Positions 38,022 to 48,294 of a stretch of 64,000 nucleotides of DNA are shown in pieces. Both the position numbers and the translations under genes were made by a program. The notes below the pieces were generated by a model. That model was not told where the DNA came from. It worked only from the letters and a program-made list of their open reading frames with translations, and searched no databases. Source of the DNA: an uncultured virus (IMG/VR IMGVR_UViG_2852342079_000003) (lineage: Duplodnaviria; Heunggongvirae; Uroviricota; Caudoviricetes); IMG/VR virus record IMGVR_UViG_2852342079_000003, one strand, 5' to 3'. Positions within the stretch are counted from its first letter, which is position 1, and the number at the start of each line of letters is the position of its first letter.

Positions 38022-38164
38022 ATTCAATTCTCCATCGAAGTAAGTCAGCCATTCCTTCGGTAAGTTTCTCTGGGCTGAATATATAAAATAACCTAATGGA
38101 TATTTATTAATATCCTGATATTTGATCAGGCGGCTTTGTATCGCCTTTTTTATTGGAGTAACCA

Positions 38165-38506
38165 ATGGAAGAGTTTAAATGGCGAACACAAATACAAGAT
38201 TCGCCAAGCGGTGAGTTCAAGCATCGCATTAAAGAAGTTGAATTTGGAGATGGTTACAAACAAGTTGCTGGTGATGGTATTAATCCAGAATCTCAAACGT
38301 GGCCATTTGCTTATATGGGACTAAAAGATGAGGTGATGCCTATTTTTAAATTCATTCGGCGACACACAGCAAAATCATTTATTTGGACGCCTCCATTTGG
38401 TGAAAAAGGGCTTTATCGTGTTAAAGCTGATTCAATAACGATGCTCCCCATCTCTGATGGAGTAATGAAATTGACAGCTACGTTTGAACAGGCATTTAGC
38501 GCATGA
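38165..38506 (+). CDS. Minor tail protein M-like
   Basis: FGDGYKQ...DGIN, SFIWTPP, ATFEQAF. Confidence 0.88.
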   Translation: MEEFKWRTQIQDSPSGEFKHRIKEVEFGDGYKQVAGDGINPESQTWPFAYMGLKDEVMPIFKFIRRHTAKSFIWTPPFGEKGLYRVKADSITMLPISDGVMKLTATFEQAFSA

Positions 38507-39246
38507 ATATCACAGCAGATGTACAAAAATTAGAGCCGGGTAATAAGGTTCAATTAATTGAGGTGGATGGTAGTGGGTTTGATGGCCCTATTCTTCGCTT
38601 CCATGCTTATAACTTACCTCACACACCGGAAGAAATAGAGAAATCTAATGGTGTTATCAAGCCAAAACCAATTTGGTGGCAAGGAAATGAATACGGAGCA
38701 TGGCCTTACGAAGTTGAAGGAATGGCAAAAAATAGTGATGGTAGTCCAGCGAGACCATCTCTAAAGGTTGCCAATATAGATGGCTTAATTTCATCTCTAT
38801 GTCTTCAGTTTGACGACATGGTGCAAGCCAAAGTAACTATTTATGAGACATTTGCTCACTATCTTGATGCTAAAAACTTTCCTGAGGGAAATTCAACAGC
38901 TAATCCAGACGAATGCTTTAAACAAGTTTATTACATCGATCGTAAAACTAATGAGGTGGCTGGCGAATCCGTAGAGTTCGAGCTGTCTAGCCCGTTTGAT
39001 TTGCAGGGAGTAATGATACCCGTTCGACAAATTCATAACCTTTGTTATTGGTGCATGAAAGGCGATTATCGTAGTGGTAATGGGTGCTCATATTCAGGGA
39101 GTAAATATTTTGATGAGAGAGGAAACCCTGTTGATGATCCTGCGCTAGATAGTTGTGGTGGACTTATTAGTGATTGCAAAAAACGCTTTGGTGAGAATGA
39201 GCCATTAGATTTCGGAGGGTTTCCTGCTGCGGGGTTAACGAGATGA
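38503..39246 (+). CDS. Minor tail protein L
   Basis: YLDAKNF..GN..A.P, conserved Cys, FGGFP. Confidence 0.92.
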   Translation: MNITADVQKLEPGNKVQLIEVDGSGFDGPILRFHAYNLPHTPEEIEKSNGVIKPKPIWWQGNEYGAWPYEVEGMAKNSDGSPARPSLKVANIDGLISSLCLQFDDMVQAKVTIYETFAHYLDAKNFPEGNSTANPDECFKQVYYIDRKTNEVAGESVEFELSSPFDLQGVMIPVRQIHNLCYWCMKGDYRSGNGCSYSGSKYFDERGNPVDDPALDSCGGLISDCKKRFGENEPLDFGGFPAAGLTR

Positions 39247-39953
39247 TCACAAAAAAATTAAGGGAATCGATATTTCAACATGTAAAAGCTGAATATCCAA
39301 AAGAAGCTTGCGGAGTTATCTGTCAGAAAAGTCGAGTTAAAAAATACTTTCCTTGTAGCAATCTTTCAGATAGTCCAACAGAGCATTTTGAGCTTTCTCC
39401 AGAGGGTTACGCCCTTGCTGAGGACTGGGGAGAGCCAATAGCAATTGTGCACAGCCATTGTGGAGATGGTGTAACGACTCAACCTAGCGAAATAGATAAA
39501 CTACAGTGTGATGCGACAGGATTACCTTGGGTGATCGCATCATGCCCAGAGGGTGATATTCGAATTATTTACCCTCGAGGTGAACGAGAATTAGAAGGAC
39601 GGCCTTTTGTGTTGGGCTATGCTGATTGCTGGTCGTTAATTATGGACTACTACCACCAAAAACACGGTATTGAGTTACATAACTACAGCGTTGATCGGTA
39701 TTGGTGGGAAGAAGGCGAAAACTTGTATATGGATAATTACCAAAAAGCAGGTTTTGTTGATATTGCTGGTGAGCCGAAAGAGGGTGACATGATCATCATG
39801 CAAGTGCAAGCCGATGTACCTAATCACGCTGGTGTGATTATGAATGGCATGTTACTTCACCATCTTTATGGTCAACTCAGCAGGTTGGTTCCTTACAGTG
39901 ATTATTGGCGAGATAGAACCGTAAAAATTGTGCGGAGGAAAGAGTTTGTATGA
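39243..39953 (+). CDS. Tail assembly protein K (JAB plus NlpC/P60)
   Basis: YPKEACG, VHSH, DCWSL, NHAGV, LHHLYG. Confidence 0.92.
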   Translation: MITKKLRESIFQHVKAEYPKEACGVICQKSRVKKYFPCSNLSDSPTEHFELSPEGYALAEDWGEPIAIVHSHCGDGVTTQPSEIDKLQCDATGLPWVIASCPEGDIRIIYPRGERELEGRPFVLGYADCWSLIMDYYHQKHGIELHNYSVDRYWWEEGENLYMDNYQKAGFVDIAGEPKEGDMIIMQVQADVPNHAGVIMNGMLLHHLYGQLSRLVPYSDYWRDRTVKIVRRKEFV

Positions 39954-40555
39954 GCCTAAAAACAATACGTCTATATGGTGTTCTTGGCGCAAAGTTTGGG
40001 CGTGAACACAAATTAGATATAGATTCACCTCGCGAAGCAATTAAGGCGCTCTCCGTGCTTTATGATGGGTTTGAGCCGTTTCTTGCTAATGCACACCTGA
40101 AAGGGCTGGAGTTTGCCGTATTTAAAGGTAAGCGCAACATTGCTGAAGATGAATTATATCTTGATACCACAGAAGAGATCCGCATAGCGCCAGTGATAAA
40201 AGGTAGCAAGCGTGGTGGGTTTTTCCAGACTATTTTAGGCGTAGCCATGATTGGTGCTGCCATGATGTTAGGTCCTGCAGGTTGGGCTGCATTCGGTGCG
40301 GGTGGTTTTGCTGGTGGTGCTTTAGCTATGGGCGGGGCAGCAATGGCGCTAGGTGGCGTAGTGCAAATGCTGTCACCTCAGCCGCGTGGCTTATCTGTGC
40401 GTCAAGACGCCGACAATAAACCTTCATACGCCTTTGGTGGTGTTGTAAACACAACCGCACAAGGAAATCCAGTTCCTTTACTTTATGGACTAGATAGGCG
40501 AGAAGTGGGTGGAGCGATAATCTCTGCAGGGATTTACACAGAAGATCAGCAATAA
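39950..40555 (+). CDS. Tail assembly protein I
   Basis: IRLYG.LG.KFGR, SYAFGG.VNTTAQGNPVPLLYG. Confidence 0.92.
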   Translation: MSLKTIRLYGVLGAKFGREHKLDIDSPREAIKALSVLYDGFEPFLANAHLKGLEFAVFKGKRNIAEDELYLDTTEEIRIAPVIKGSKRGGFFQTILGVAMIGAAMMLGPAGWAAFGAGGFAGGALAMGGAAMALGGVVQMLSPQPRGLSVRQDADNKPSYAFGGVVNTTAQGNPVPLLYGLDRREVGGAIISAGIYTEDQQ

Positions 40556-40606
40556 CATAAACGAATTTCAGAATAGCCACTATGTGGCTTTTTTTATGGG
40601 TGAAAT

Positions 40607-43600
40607 ATGGAATTAATTCATGGTGCAAAAGGTGGTGGCGGTGGCGGACATACGCCCACGGAATCACCAGATAGCTTACTTTCTGAATCAACAGCTAAGA
40701 TTTTATTGGCTATCTCAGAAGGTGAAATTGCTGGTGGCTTAGACGATACTCGTATTTTTCTTGATGATACACCGATTGGCAATGCGGACGGTACTAAGAA
40801 TTTTGAGGGTGTCACTTGGGAATTTAGACCGGGTAGTGAACACCAAGAATACATTCAGGGTATCCCATCAGTAGATAGCGAAACATCGGTAGGGTTGGAA
40901 TTAAAAGACGATCAGCCCTATGTGCGGAGCATTAATAACACTCAGCTATCTGCTGTGCGCATTAGACTATCTGTTCCTCAATTGTTTCAACAACACGATA
41001 ACGGGGATACTACAGGCTATAGAATTGAATATGCTATTGACTTATCTACAGATGGTGCTGGATATAATGAAGTATTAAAGTCTGCTTTTGATGGTAAAAC
41101 GACCAGCGAATACCAGCGAACACACCGCATTGACTTACCCAAGGCAAATACAGGTTGGCAGATCCGTGTCCGACGATTAACTAAGAATCAGAATACAGCC
41201 AGAATTGTTGATAAGGTTACTATCTCTGCTGTTACTGATGTTATCGATGCTAAATTGCGTTATCCAAATACGGCCCTATTGTTTATTACTTTCAATGCGC
41301 GTCAATTTAATAACCGCATCCCTAAAATTAGCGTTCGCCCAAAAGGTGGCTTGCTTATCAAAGTGCCCACGAATTATGACCCGATTAATCGGGCCTATTC
41401 AGGCGTATGGGATGGCACCTTTAAACTTGCAGCAACCAATAACCCGGCATGGGTATTTTATGATTTAGTACTCAATAATCGCTACGGCTGTGGTGACCGG
41501 ATCCAGTCTTCTCAGGTTGAAAAGTGGGACCTGTATAAGATTGCGCAATATTGTGATGAATTGGTACCCGATGGGCATGGTGGTGATGGTAAGGAGCCTC
41601 GATTCCTGTGTGATGTTTATATTCAATCGCAAGAATCGGCATACCAAGTACTGAGAGATATAGCGGCTATTTTTCGTGGTATGACATTTTGGGCTGATAA
41701 CAAGGTTAATGTTGTCGCTGATATGCCAGATAGTATTTTTAGAACGTTTACTAATGCCAATATTGTTGGAGGTAAGCCTACCTATTCAGGAGGTAGTCAG
41801 CAAAATCGATATACGCAAGCATTAGTTTCCTACACAGACACCAATAACCACAGTAATGATGCGATTGAGGCTGTGGCCGATATTAAACTACAGCGTCGTT
41901 ACGGAGTACGCAAAACTGAAATATCAGCGATAGGTTGCACTCGACAGACGGAGGCTAACCGTAGAGGTCGCTGGGCGTTACTCACCAATGCTAACGACAG
42001 AGTTATTAGTTTTGCGACAGGATTAGAGGGGGCAATACCTTCTCCTGGTCATATCATTGCTGTTGCCGATTCTACATTGGCTGGAAGAGATAATGGTGGA
42101 CGTATATCGCGTGTAGAAGGCAGAAAAATAACACTTGATCGCAGAGCCAATATTAAAGCTGGTGATAGGTTGATTGTTAATCTGCCAAACGGGCGCTCAG
42201 AGGGAAGAACCGTATCACTGGTTGCTGATAATATCATTACAATTTCAACGGAGTACTCACAGGAACCAGAGAAAAACGCAGTTTGGACAGTTGATGCTGA
42301 TGATTTAACATTACAACTTTATCGGGTCGTTAATATTACTGATAATGGCGATAATACATACACTATTACTGGCGCAATCCATAACCCAAGCAATTACGAT
42401 CACATTGACTCTGGCGCAAGAATAGGTGAGCGTCCAATCACCATTGTTCCACCGAGTGTGCAAGCACCACCTAAAAACATTCGTATATCATCCTATTCTC
42501 AGGTTAATCAAGGTATTTCATTTATTACTCTGCGTGTTGATTGGGATGCAGTTGATAATGCCATTACCTATGAGGCTCAATGGCGGAGAGATAATAATAA
42601 CTGGGTATCAATGCCAAGAACATCAACATGTGGGTTTGAAGTTGATGGCATTTATGCTGGTCGTTATCAGGTGAGAGTTCGTGCGATAAATGCGTCTGAA
42701 ATATCCAGTGTATGGACTAATGCGCCAGAAACAACACTGACAGGAAAAGTAGGGAGCCCGCCTAAACCTGTAAACTTTAGAGCTTCACCGCTCGTATTTG
42801 GCATTAAGTTAGGCTGGGAATTTGGTGAAAACACCAGTGATACGTTAAAAACGGAAATTCAGTACAGCAAAACCAATAATGGTGAAGGTCTGATGCTGTT
42901 ATCTGATGTTCCTTATCCCTCAAAAACCTATGAAATGGCAGGGTTATCAGCAGGTTTAACGTTTTATTTTAGAGCAAGACTGGTAGATAAAATAGGTAAT
43001 CATTCCGAATGGACTGAGTTTATTCTGGGAGAATCTGAGTTTGATGCTAGTATTATTCTTGATGAATTAGCGGGGCAAATCAGCCGAGACCAACTCGCAC
43101 AAGACTTATTGGGTGAAATTAACAGTAAAGCTAACCAAATCTATATTACTGAATTACATGAGTTGATGAGGATAAATCACGACAAGCTTTTAGAAGAGTC
43201 AATGAGGCATGGAGCAACGATTGAAGAAAGTGAAAAAAAATGGGAGGAGGCCGAAAAATTACTGGCTGAGCGGATGAACCAAGTTTCAACGGCAACAGAA
43301 GCACAGGCTGCCGCAATTAAACAAGAGCAACAAGCACGTATTGAGGGTGATAAAACCGAAGCGCAACAACGGCAATCCTTAGCTACTCAACTTCGTGGTG
43401 ATTATACTGGCAATGATTTATCGAAAGTGACCGCAGGACTCATTTCCGCCGAGAAACAAGCGCGTGTTACAGGCGACCAAACAGAAGCGAAAGCCCGACA
43501 ATCACTGGAAACACGGATGAATGGGAATGTTTCCGCGATTAATAAATCATTAGGAACCCTCACCTCGAAACAGCAAGCACAAACGCAAGAGATTTCAACA

Positions 43601-44800
43601 CTCAATTCAACTCTAAAAGGGAAAGCTGATAGCAGTGCAGTAAATGCGTTAAATACGCGAGTAACTAATCTCGATGGCAAAGTGACGTCCGCAACCTTTC
43701 AGGTACAAACGTTATCCAGCAAATTAGAGACGGTAAAAGCTGATTTAACGGGATCTGTGGTGGTGGATTTAGATTTATCTAAACTCAATGAAAACACCTA
43801 TTATCCGATTATTTTGCCATTAGTAACTTCTCGACGTTATGCCTTTAAGGTTTTTAGGACCTTAGGGCAATATAGAGACAATAAACCGAGCTATGCGACT
43901 CACAATACCAAAGGTTTTGCCATGATTGTGGAATGGCAAGTGAGTGGTTCTGGATGGGGAACCCAGTCTGAAAACCGCATCATTGATAATTTTGATTGGC
44001 GATGGACAAATCAATCCCCTGTGATGGGGCCAGCTCAATTAACGAATGGTTCTGTGGAATATATCTATTTGCGAGGAGGGGCTAAATATCAGCTCACTAA
44101 GCATAAAAGTGTTAACCATCAAATTATCACCCGCACTTATACCAATAACAAACAATCGGTGGCACCGAAAGGATTTGTGGCGAATGAAGTACCTAAGTCC
44201 AGCGAACAGAAAGCCAATGCAACGGCGAATGCGGTAAACCAACTTGAAACTAAGGTGACTGAGATCTCAGGTAAAGTGACCTCTACCGCCCAGCAAGTCA
44301 CTCGCCTTGAAAGCCAAGTGGGTACAAGTTCAGCCAAAATTGAACAAACGTCGAAAGTGGTCACCGACATAAATGGCAAAATTTCCGCATCATGGACAAT
44401 GAAAGTTCAGCAAGATAGCAAAGGGAATAAAGTCATTACGGGCATTGGCTTAGGGTTTAATGCACAAGGAAATAGCCAATTTCTGGTCAATGCCCAAAAC
44501 TTTGCGGTGATATCGTCATTAAACGGCAAAGTGGTGACACCGTTTATCGTGAAGAATGGACAGGTAGTTGTTAATGAAGCTTTTATTGGTGATGCAACTA
44601 TTACCAGTGCAAAAATAGCTAATGTATTGCAATCAACCAATTTCAGCCATGCAAACAAGGTGGGCTATCAACTTAATATGCGCACTGGTGAAGAAATTAA
44701 ATATGGGAATAACGCTCAGGGGTACTGGATTGAAACAAACATATTAAAACGTTTGTTTGATAAAAAAGGCACAATGCGTATCAGAATGGGGATATGGTAA
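40607..44800 (+). CDS. Tail tip / host specificity protein J
   Basis: GAKGGGG start, SEGEI, NNPAW, FN3-like repeats, PFIVKNGQV.....FI.DATITSAKI. Confidence 0.93.
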   Translation: MELIHGAKGGGGGGHTPTESPDSLLSESTAKILLAISEGEIAGGLDDTRIFLDDTPIGNADGTKNFEGVTWEFRPGSEHQEYIQGIPSVDSETSVGLELKDDQPYVRSINNTQLSAVRIRLSVPQLFQQHDNGDTTGYRIEYAIDLSTDGAGYNEVLKSAFDGKTTSEYQRTHRIDLPKANTGWQIRVRRLTKNQNTARIVDKVTISAVTDVIDAKLRYPNTALLFITFNARQFNNRIPKISVRPKGGLLIKVPTNYDPINRAYSGVWDGTFKLAATNNPAWVFYDLVLNNRYGCGDRIQSSQVEKWDLYKIAQYCDELVPDGHGGDGKEPRFLCDVYIQSQESAYQVLRDIAAIFRGMTFWADNKVNVVADMPDSIFRTFTNANIVGGKPTYSGGSQQNRYTQALVSYTDTNNHSNDAIEAVADIKLQRRYGVRKTEISAIGCTRQTEANRRGRWALLTNANDRVISFATGLEGAIPSPGHIIAVADSTLAGRDNGGRISRVEGRKITLDRRANIKAGDRLIVNLPNGRSEGRTVSLVADNIITISTEYSQEPEKNAVWTVDADDLTLQLYRVVNITDNGDNTYTITGAIHNPSNYDHIDSGARIGERPITIVPPSVQAPPKNIRISSYSQVNQGISFITLRVDWDAVDNAITYEAQWRRDNNNWVSMPRTSTCGFEVDGIYAGRYQVRVRAINASEISSVWTNAPETTLTGKVGSPPKPVNFRASPLVFGIKLGWEFGENTSDTLKTEIQYSKTNNGEGLMLLSDVPYPSKTYEMAGLSAGLTFYFRARLVDKIGNHSEWTEFILGESEFDASIILDELAGQISRDQLAQDLLGEINSKANQIYITELHELMRINHDKLLEESMRHGATIEESEKKWEEAEKLLAERMNQVSTATEAQAAAIKQEQQARIEGDKTEAQQRQSLATQLRGDYTGNDLSKVTAGLISAEKQARVTGDQTEAKARQSLETRMNGNVSAINKSLGTLTSKQQAQTQEISTLNSTLKGKADSSAVNALNTRVTNLDGKVTSATFQVQTLSSKLETVKADLTGSVVVDLDLSKLNENTYYPIILPLVTSRRYAFKVFRTLGQYRDNKPSYATHNTKGFAMIVEWQVSGSGWGTQSENRIIDNFDWRWTNQSPVMGPAQLTNGSVEYIYLRGGAKYQLTKHKSVNHQIITRTYTNNKQSVAPKGFVANEVPKSSEQKANATANAVNQLETKVTEISGKVTSTAQQVTRLESQVGTSSAKIEQTSKVVTDINGKISASWTMKVQQDSKGNKVITGIGLGFNAQGNSQFLVNAQNFAVISSLNGKVVTPFIVKNGQVVVNEAFIGDATITSAKIANVLQSTNFSHANKVGYQLNMRTGEEIKYGNNAQGYWIETNILKRLFDKKGTMRIRMGIW

Positions 44801-45162
44801 TGGGCATGGGTTTAGAAATATATGATGAGAAAGGGCGACTCATTATTGGAGAAGACACTATTATACCGCGCCACTTGGGGCAATTTGACCTTCCTTTGTC
44901 CCAATATGGATCTCTTACTATTCCTGAGATTTCCTTAGGAGGTGAGGTTGTTTGCCATTTCTGGCTACGGTATCGCTCTCGATGGAGTGGTGAGTTTCAT
45001 GTAGATAAGCCTAATGAGAGAACAGAATACTCCATATCTGGAAATACGTTAAACTACCGCGTTGATTACAATATCTATCGCTGGGAGAACAATGGCTCTG
45101 GTGGCGGGCAGACACAAGCGAATGACTCATTCTCAAGTCATGTTGTCGTATGGGTGGTGTGA
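44800..45162 (+). CDS. Tail-tip associated hypothetical protein
   Basis: GLEIYDEKG motif, coupled to J. Confidence 0.6.
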   Translation: MGMGLEIYDEKGRLIIGEDTIIPRHLGQFDLPLSQYGSLTIPEISLGGEVVCHFWLRYRSRWSGEFHVDKPNERTEYSISGNTLNYRVDYNIYRWENNGSGGGQTQANDSFSSHVVVWVV

Positions 45163-45163
45163 A

Positions 45164-45778
45164 ATGGTTGGTGTAGAAATTTACACAAATAATAGGCTGA
45201 TACAATTAACCGATAAACTCGAAACAATATGTGTTTTGAGAAAAGCAACTCCTGATGAACTAACGTCATCATCAGGCCCTCATGATAGCTATCCGAGAAT
45301 CTATGCGTTAAATAGCCAATGGATGGTTGCTCCGATTTCCAAGGTAAGCATACCTCAACACGGAGTTGGTCTTGAAGTTTATGATGAGCAAGGGAAAATG
45401 AAATTTTCATCTCTTGCTAAGTTGGTCTGCTTTGAGAAATATTATGATGTCAATACGGGGAGCGCTGGCAAAGGCTCATTAAGAATCGCAGGCAAAAGTG
45501 GTCATCGGTATGGCATGATTAAGACTCGCTCTATGGGGTATTTTCATAATACAAACATACGAAGCTACATAGACCCTGACACGTGGGATGAAGTTTGGAC
45601 ATTCAAAAGATATAGCGAGCGTTATGTCTTGATTGATGATGTGGGAGGGTTAACATTTGAGTATCGATACGAGTTCTTAGGAGAAGAGGATGGCTGGATA
45701 AGTATGCCTCCGAGTCGAGAAGGTTCTGGATTAATGGAACAAGGGCTTATGATAGACGTTTCAATGTTAGAAGATTAA
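45164..45778 (+). CDS. Tail-tip associated hypothetical protein
   Basis: GLEVYDEQG..FSS motif typical of genes following J. Confidence 0.6.
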   Translation: MVGVEIYTNNRLIQLTDKLETICVLRKATPDELTSSSGPHDSYPRIYALNSQWMVAPISKVSIPQHGVGLEVYDEQGKMKFSSLAKLVCFEKYYDVNTGSAGKGSLRIAGKSGHRYGMIKTRSMGYFHNTNIRSYIDPDTWDEVWTFKRYSERYVLIDDVGGLTFEYRYEFLGEEDGWISMPPSREGSGLMEQGLMIDVSMLED

Positions 45779-45827
45779 ATACCGCACTAATGTGGTTTTT
45801 TTGTATCTAAATTTTAGGAAATAAATC

Positions 45828-46200
45828 ATGATATACACAACAGGCACTGTTAGCACAGTGTCAGGGTCTGCTATTGTCTCTGGCACAGGTACCATTATTT
45901 TAATTAAAAATGGTAATGCTAATTTTATTTATATGGTGGACAGGGTTAATAGCGATACAGAATTAGTCATTTCACAACCGGCTACATTTACCGTAAAAAA
46001 CACTAGTTACAGCATTAATCTCACTGAGCCGAACTCATACAGCGACGCTAATAATCGTATGACCGCTATTGCATCAGATATTACGTAGTTCTTAAACGAG
46101 CAACGAGTTACGCTCGATGGTGTTAAAAAAGTGCTGGGGGATATTAGTAAAAAGTTAGATAAAAGTGGTGTGGACCTTTCAGGGATTTCGAAGTGCGATT
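45828..46200 (+). pseudogene. Truncated side tail fibre gene
   Basis: MIYTTGTV...VSGTGT..VNSDTEL N-terminus; in-frame TAG at 46086-46088 with plausible continuation FLNEQRVTLDG..KKLDKSG. Confidence 0.65.
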
Positions 46201-46223
46201 ACACGTAATACACAAATGGCTTA

Positions 46224-46773
46224 TTGTGTGTTTCGACAAAAATCCACCTTAAAGGCGGGCGCTATTGGTCTTTGCCGACAATATTATCGCATTTAGATAA
46301 GTGTGTTGTGTTTTATCATACCACCAACCCTCAAGCGGAAGTGAGCTATTTAGCGCATAAAAAGCAATTATACAGTTCAGCCCAAACAGACATTTATGTG
46401 TGTGTATTCGTTTCAGGAATGGTTTTGACCCCGAAGAAACGTTGGGGGTTATCACTGTACAGTGAAGATGGAGCACGGGTCTTTAATACGGACTATCTGC
46501 CTTTTACCCGAGGACAATCAATGGCATTGTTATTACGGAAGGGGAGTGTAGAGACTCCATATAGCTTGCCTTTAGTCTGTGCAACCAGTCAGTTTGTGAA
46601 TGCATCTTATCAGGATGACCACATTGATTGGGCCAAGCGCAATACGGGGATACGGGGATTCGTTTTCGGGGAAAACAGATTTTTGTGAGCGAACGAATAC
46701 GTGATGCTCATCGGCAACATCATGTAGAGCAACGTATTCCCTTTTATGTCCTTAATGGTTCACATTATTTTTA
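46224..46773 (+). pseudogene. Remnant of a tail-tip associated gene
   Basis: WGLSLYSEDGARVFNTDYLP motif but no clear start. Confidence 0.4.
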
Positions 46774-46796
46774 ATAAAATGAATACCTGTCTATAT

Positions 46797-47111
46797 TTAT
46801 GTGGGATACATGTCGCTTTTCTTTATTGGCATAATGCTTTCTGCTGATAATGATTGTTTTGCTTTAATCATTTCTTTTTCATTTGAAAATTTATAATTAG
46901 GCAATAGTTCTTTAGGTTTGACACCTAAAATAAACGCGATAGAGAATAAATGTTCTACTGTTATTTTGGTATGTCCATTCTCTATACGTGAATAGTGCTG
47001 TTGACTTATTTCCAATGAATGGGCTATTTCCCTCCCTGTCATCCCTAATTCTTTTCTTTTTTGCATTATTCTATAAGCAATAATGGAATTAATTGTACTC
47101 ATGAACTTCAT
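46797..47111 (-). CDS. ucaJ: MrpJ-family HTH regulator
   Basis: ISQQHYSRIENG resembles the MrpJ SQQQFSRYE motif; last gene of the fimbrial operon. Confidence 0.8.
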   Translation of the reverse strand: MKFMSTINSIIAYRIMQKRKELGMTGREIAHSLEISQQHYSRIENGHTKITVEHLFSIAFILGVKPKELLPNYKFSNEKEMIKAKQSLSAESIMPIKKSDMYPT

Positions 47112-47202
47112 TCTCCAACAATAAACAGATTTTTAAGTTTAACAGAGTAAAAAGCATTTGTTATAAAAGCATTTTACTCTACTTATAAAACTCAATTAAT
47201 TT

Positions 47203-48285
47203 TTATTGATATGAAAAAGTAATCGTTGCTACTGCTTTTACACTTCCTGGCGTAATAGTATTTTCTGTTTTTATATAATTAGCTTTTAATTTTATACGTG
47301 GATTTATCTCTCCTCTATAATTTGAAAAATGCCATTGATTTTGATTTCCTTTGTTAGGAGTGTCTGAACCATAACTAATCGCAGTTACTTCATTATTTTT
47401 ATATAATCTTAGCCCAACGCCTTTTGCCGTAGAATCCGTTGCTAATGTTAATATATCAGAACGATTCCCATGTTGGGTCGCATCATTTAATGTAGCATAA
47501 ACATCAATACCGTCTTGGCATTGAAGTTGTATATTAACTTCCCCTCCTTGCACTTCTTTATACAAAGACGTGAACTGGGATTGATAGACAGTATTTAATG
47601 GAACAACATAATTCTTTTGATTCATCGAGCATGTTTGGCTTTGCACTTGGATGCGCCCTCCATTTAACATAACAGGAGCTGTTAATCTTTTATTATTCAA
47701 ACTTGCCCGATTAGATTCCAATAAAATATGGCCCAGTTGTTTGGTTGGTATCGTTACATACCCATTAGGTAATCGTCCTGTTGCGACAAAAGCAACATAT
47801 AAACGAGCACCAAAACTTCCAGTTGCACCATTATAAGCATTTGGATTTGTATTGGCGGCAACAGGATCAATATATATACTTGAGCTGTTTATGGGAACCA
47901 ATGGCGTTGCAGGCCAATAGCCCGCCATACCAATAATAATACCTAGCCCTGGAACTCCAGTATCAAATATATCGAAATCGGAAGATTGAGTGTTATTTCC
48001 TTGGCGAAAGTTATATGTGATTTTGCCTATTTTAGGTAATGTAGGAGTAAATTTTCCACGCATTAATGCTATTAAACTACCGCCGTTAAATATATATTGA
48101 TTACTTGTTCCGGTGAGTTCCCCTATCACTCGTGGGTAAGTATGGGCATCAGCAGGACCAATAACAACAACAGGGAGGGTAGATGTGTTGATTGTTATTG
48201 GAGACGGTACGTAGTCATCTGCACCAGCAACAGCTAGACTAGGGAATAGAGTTAAAAGAAATAATATGACAAAGATTCTTTTCAT
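47203..48285 (-). CDS. ucaD: Fimbrial tip adhesin (F17G-like)
   Basis: Signal peptide, lectin domain plus pilin domain, ATITFSYQ ending. Confidence 0.8.
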   Translation of the reverse strand: MKRIFVILFLLTLFPSLAVAGADDYVPSPITINTSTLPVVVIGPADAHTYPRVIGELTGTSNQYIFNGGSLIALMRGKFTPTLPKIGKITYNFRQGNNTQSSDFDIFDTGVPGLGIIIGMAGYWPATPLVPINSSSIYIDPVAANTNPNAYNGATGSFGARLYVAFVATGRLPNGYVTIPTKQLGHILLESNRASLNNKRLTAPVMLNGGRIQVQSQTCSMNQKNYVVPLNTVYQSQFTSLYKEVQGGEVNIQLQCQDGIDVYATLNDATQHGNRSDILTLATDSTAKGVGLRLYKNNEVTAISYGSDTPNKGNQNQWHFSNYRGEINPRIKLKANYIKTENTITPGSVKAVATITFSYQ

Positions 48286-48294
48286 GGTTTGTTC

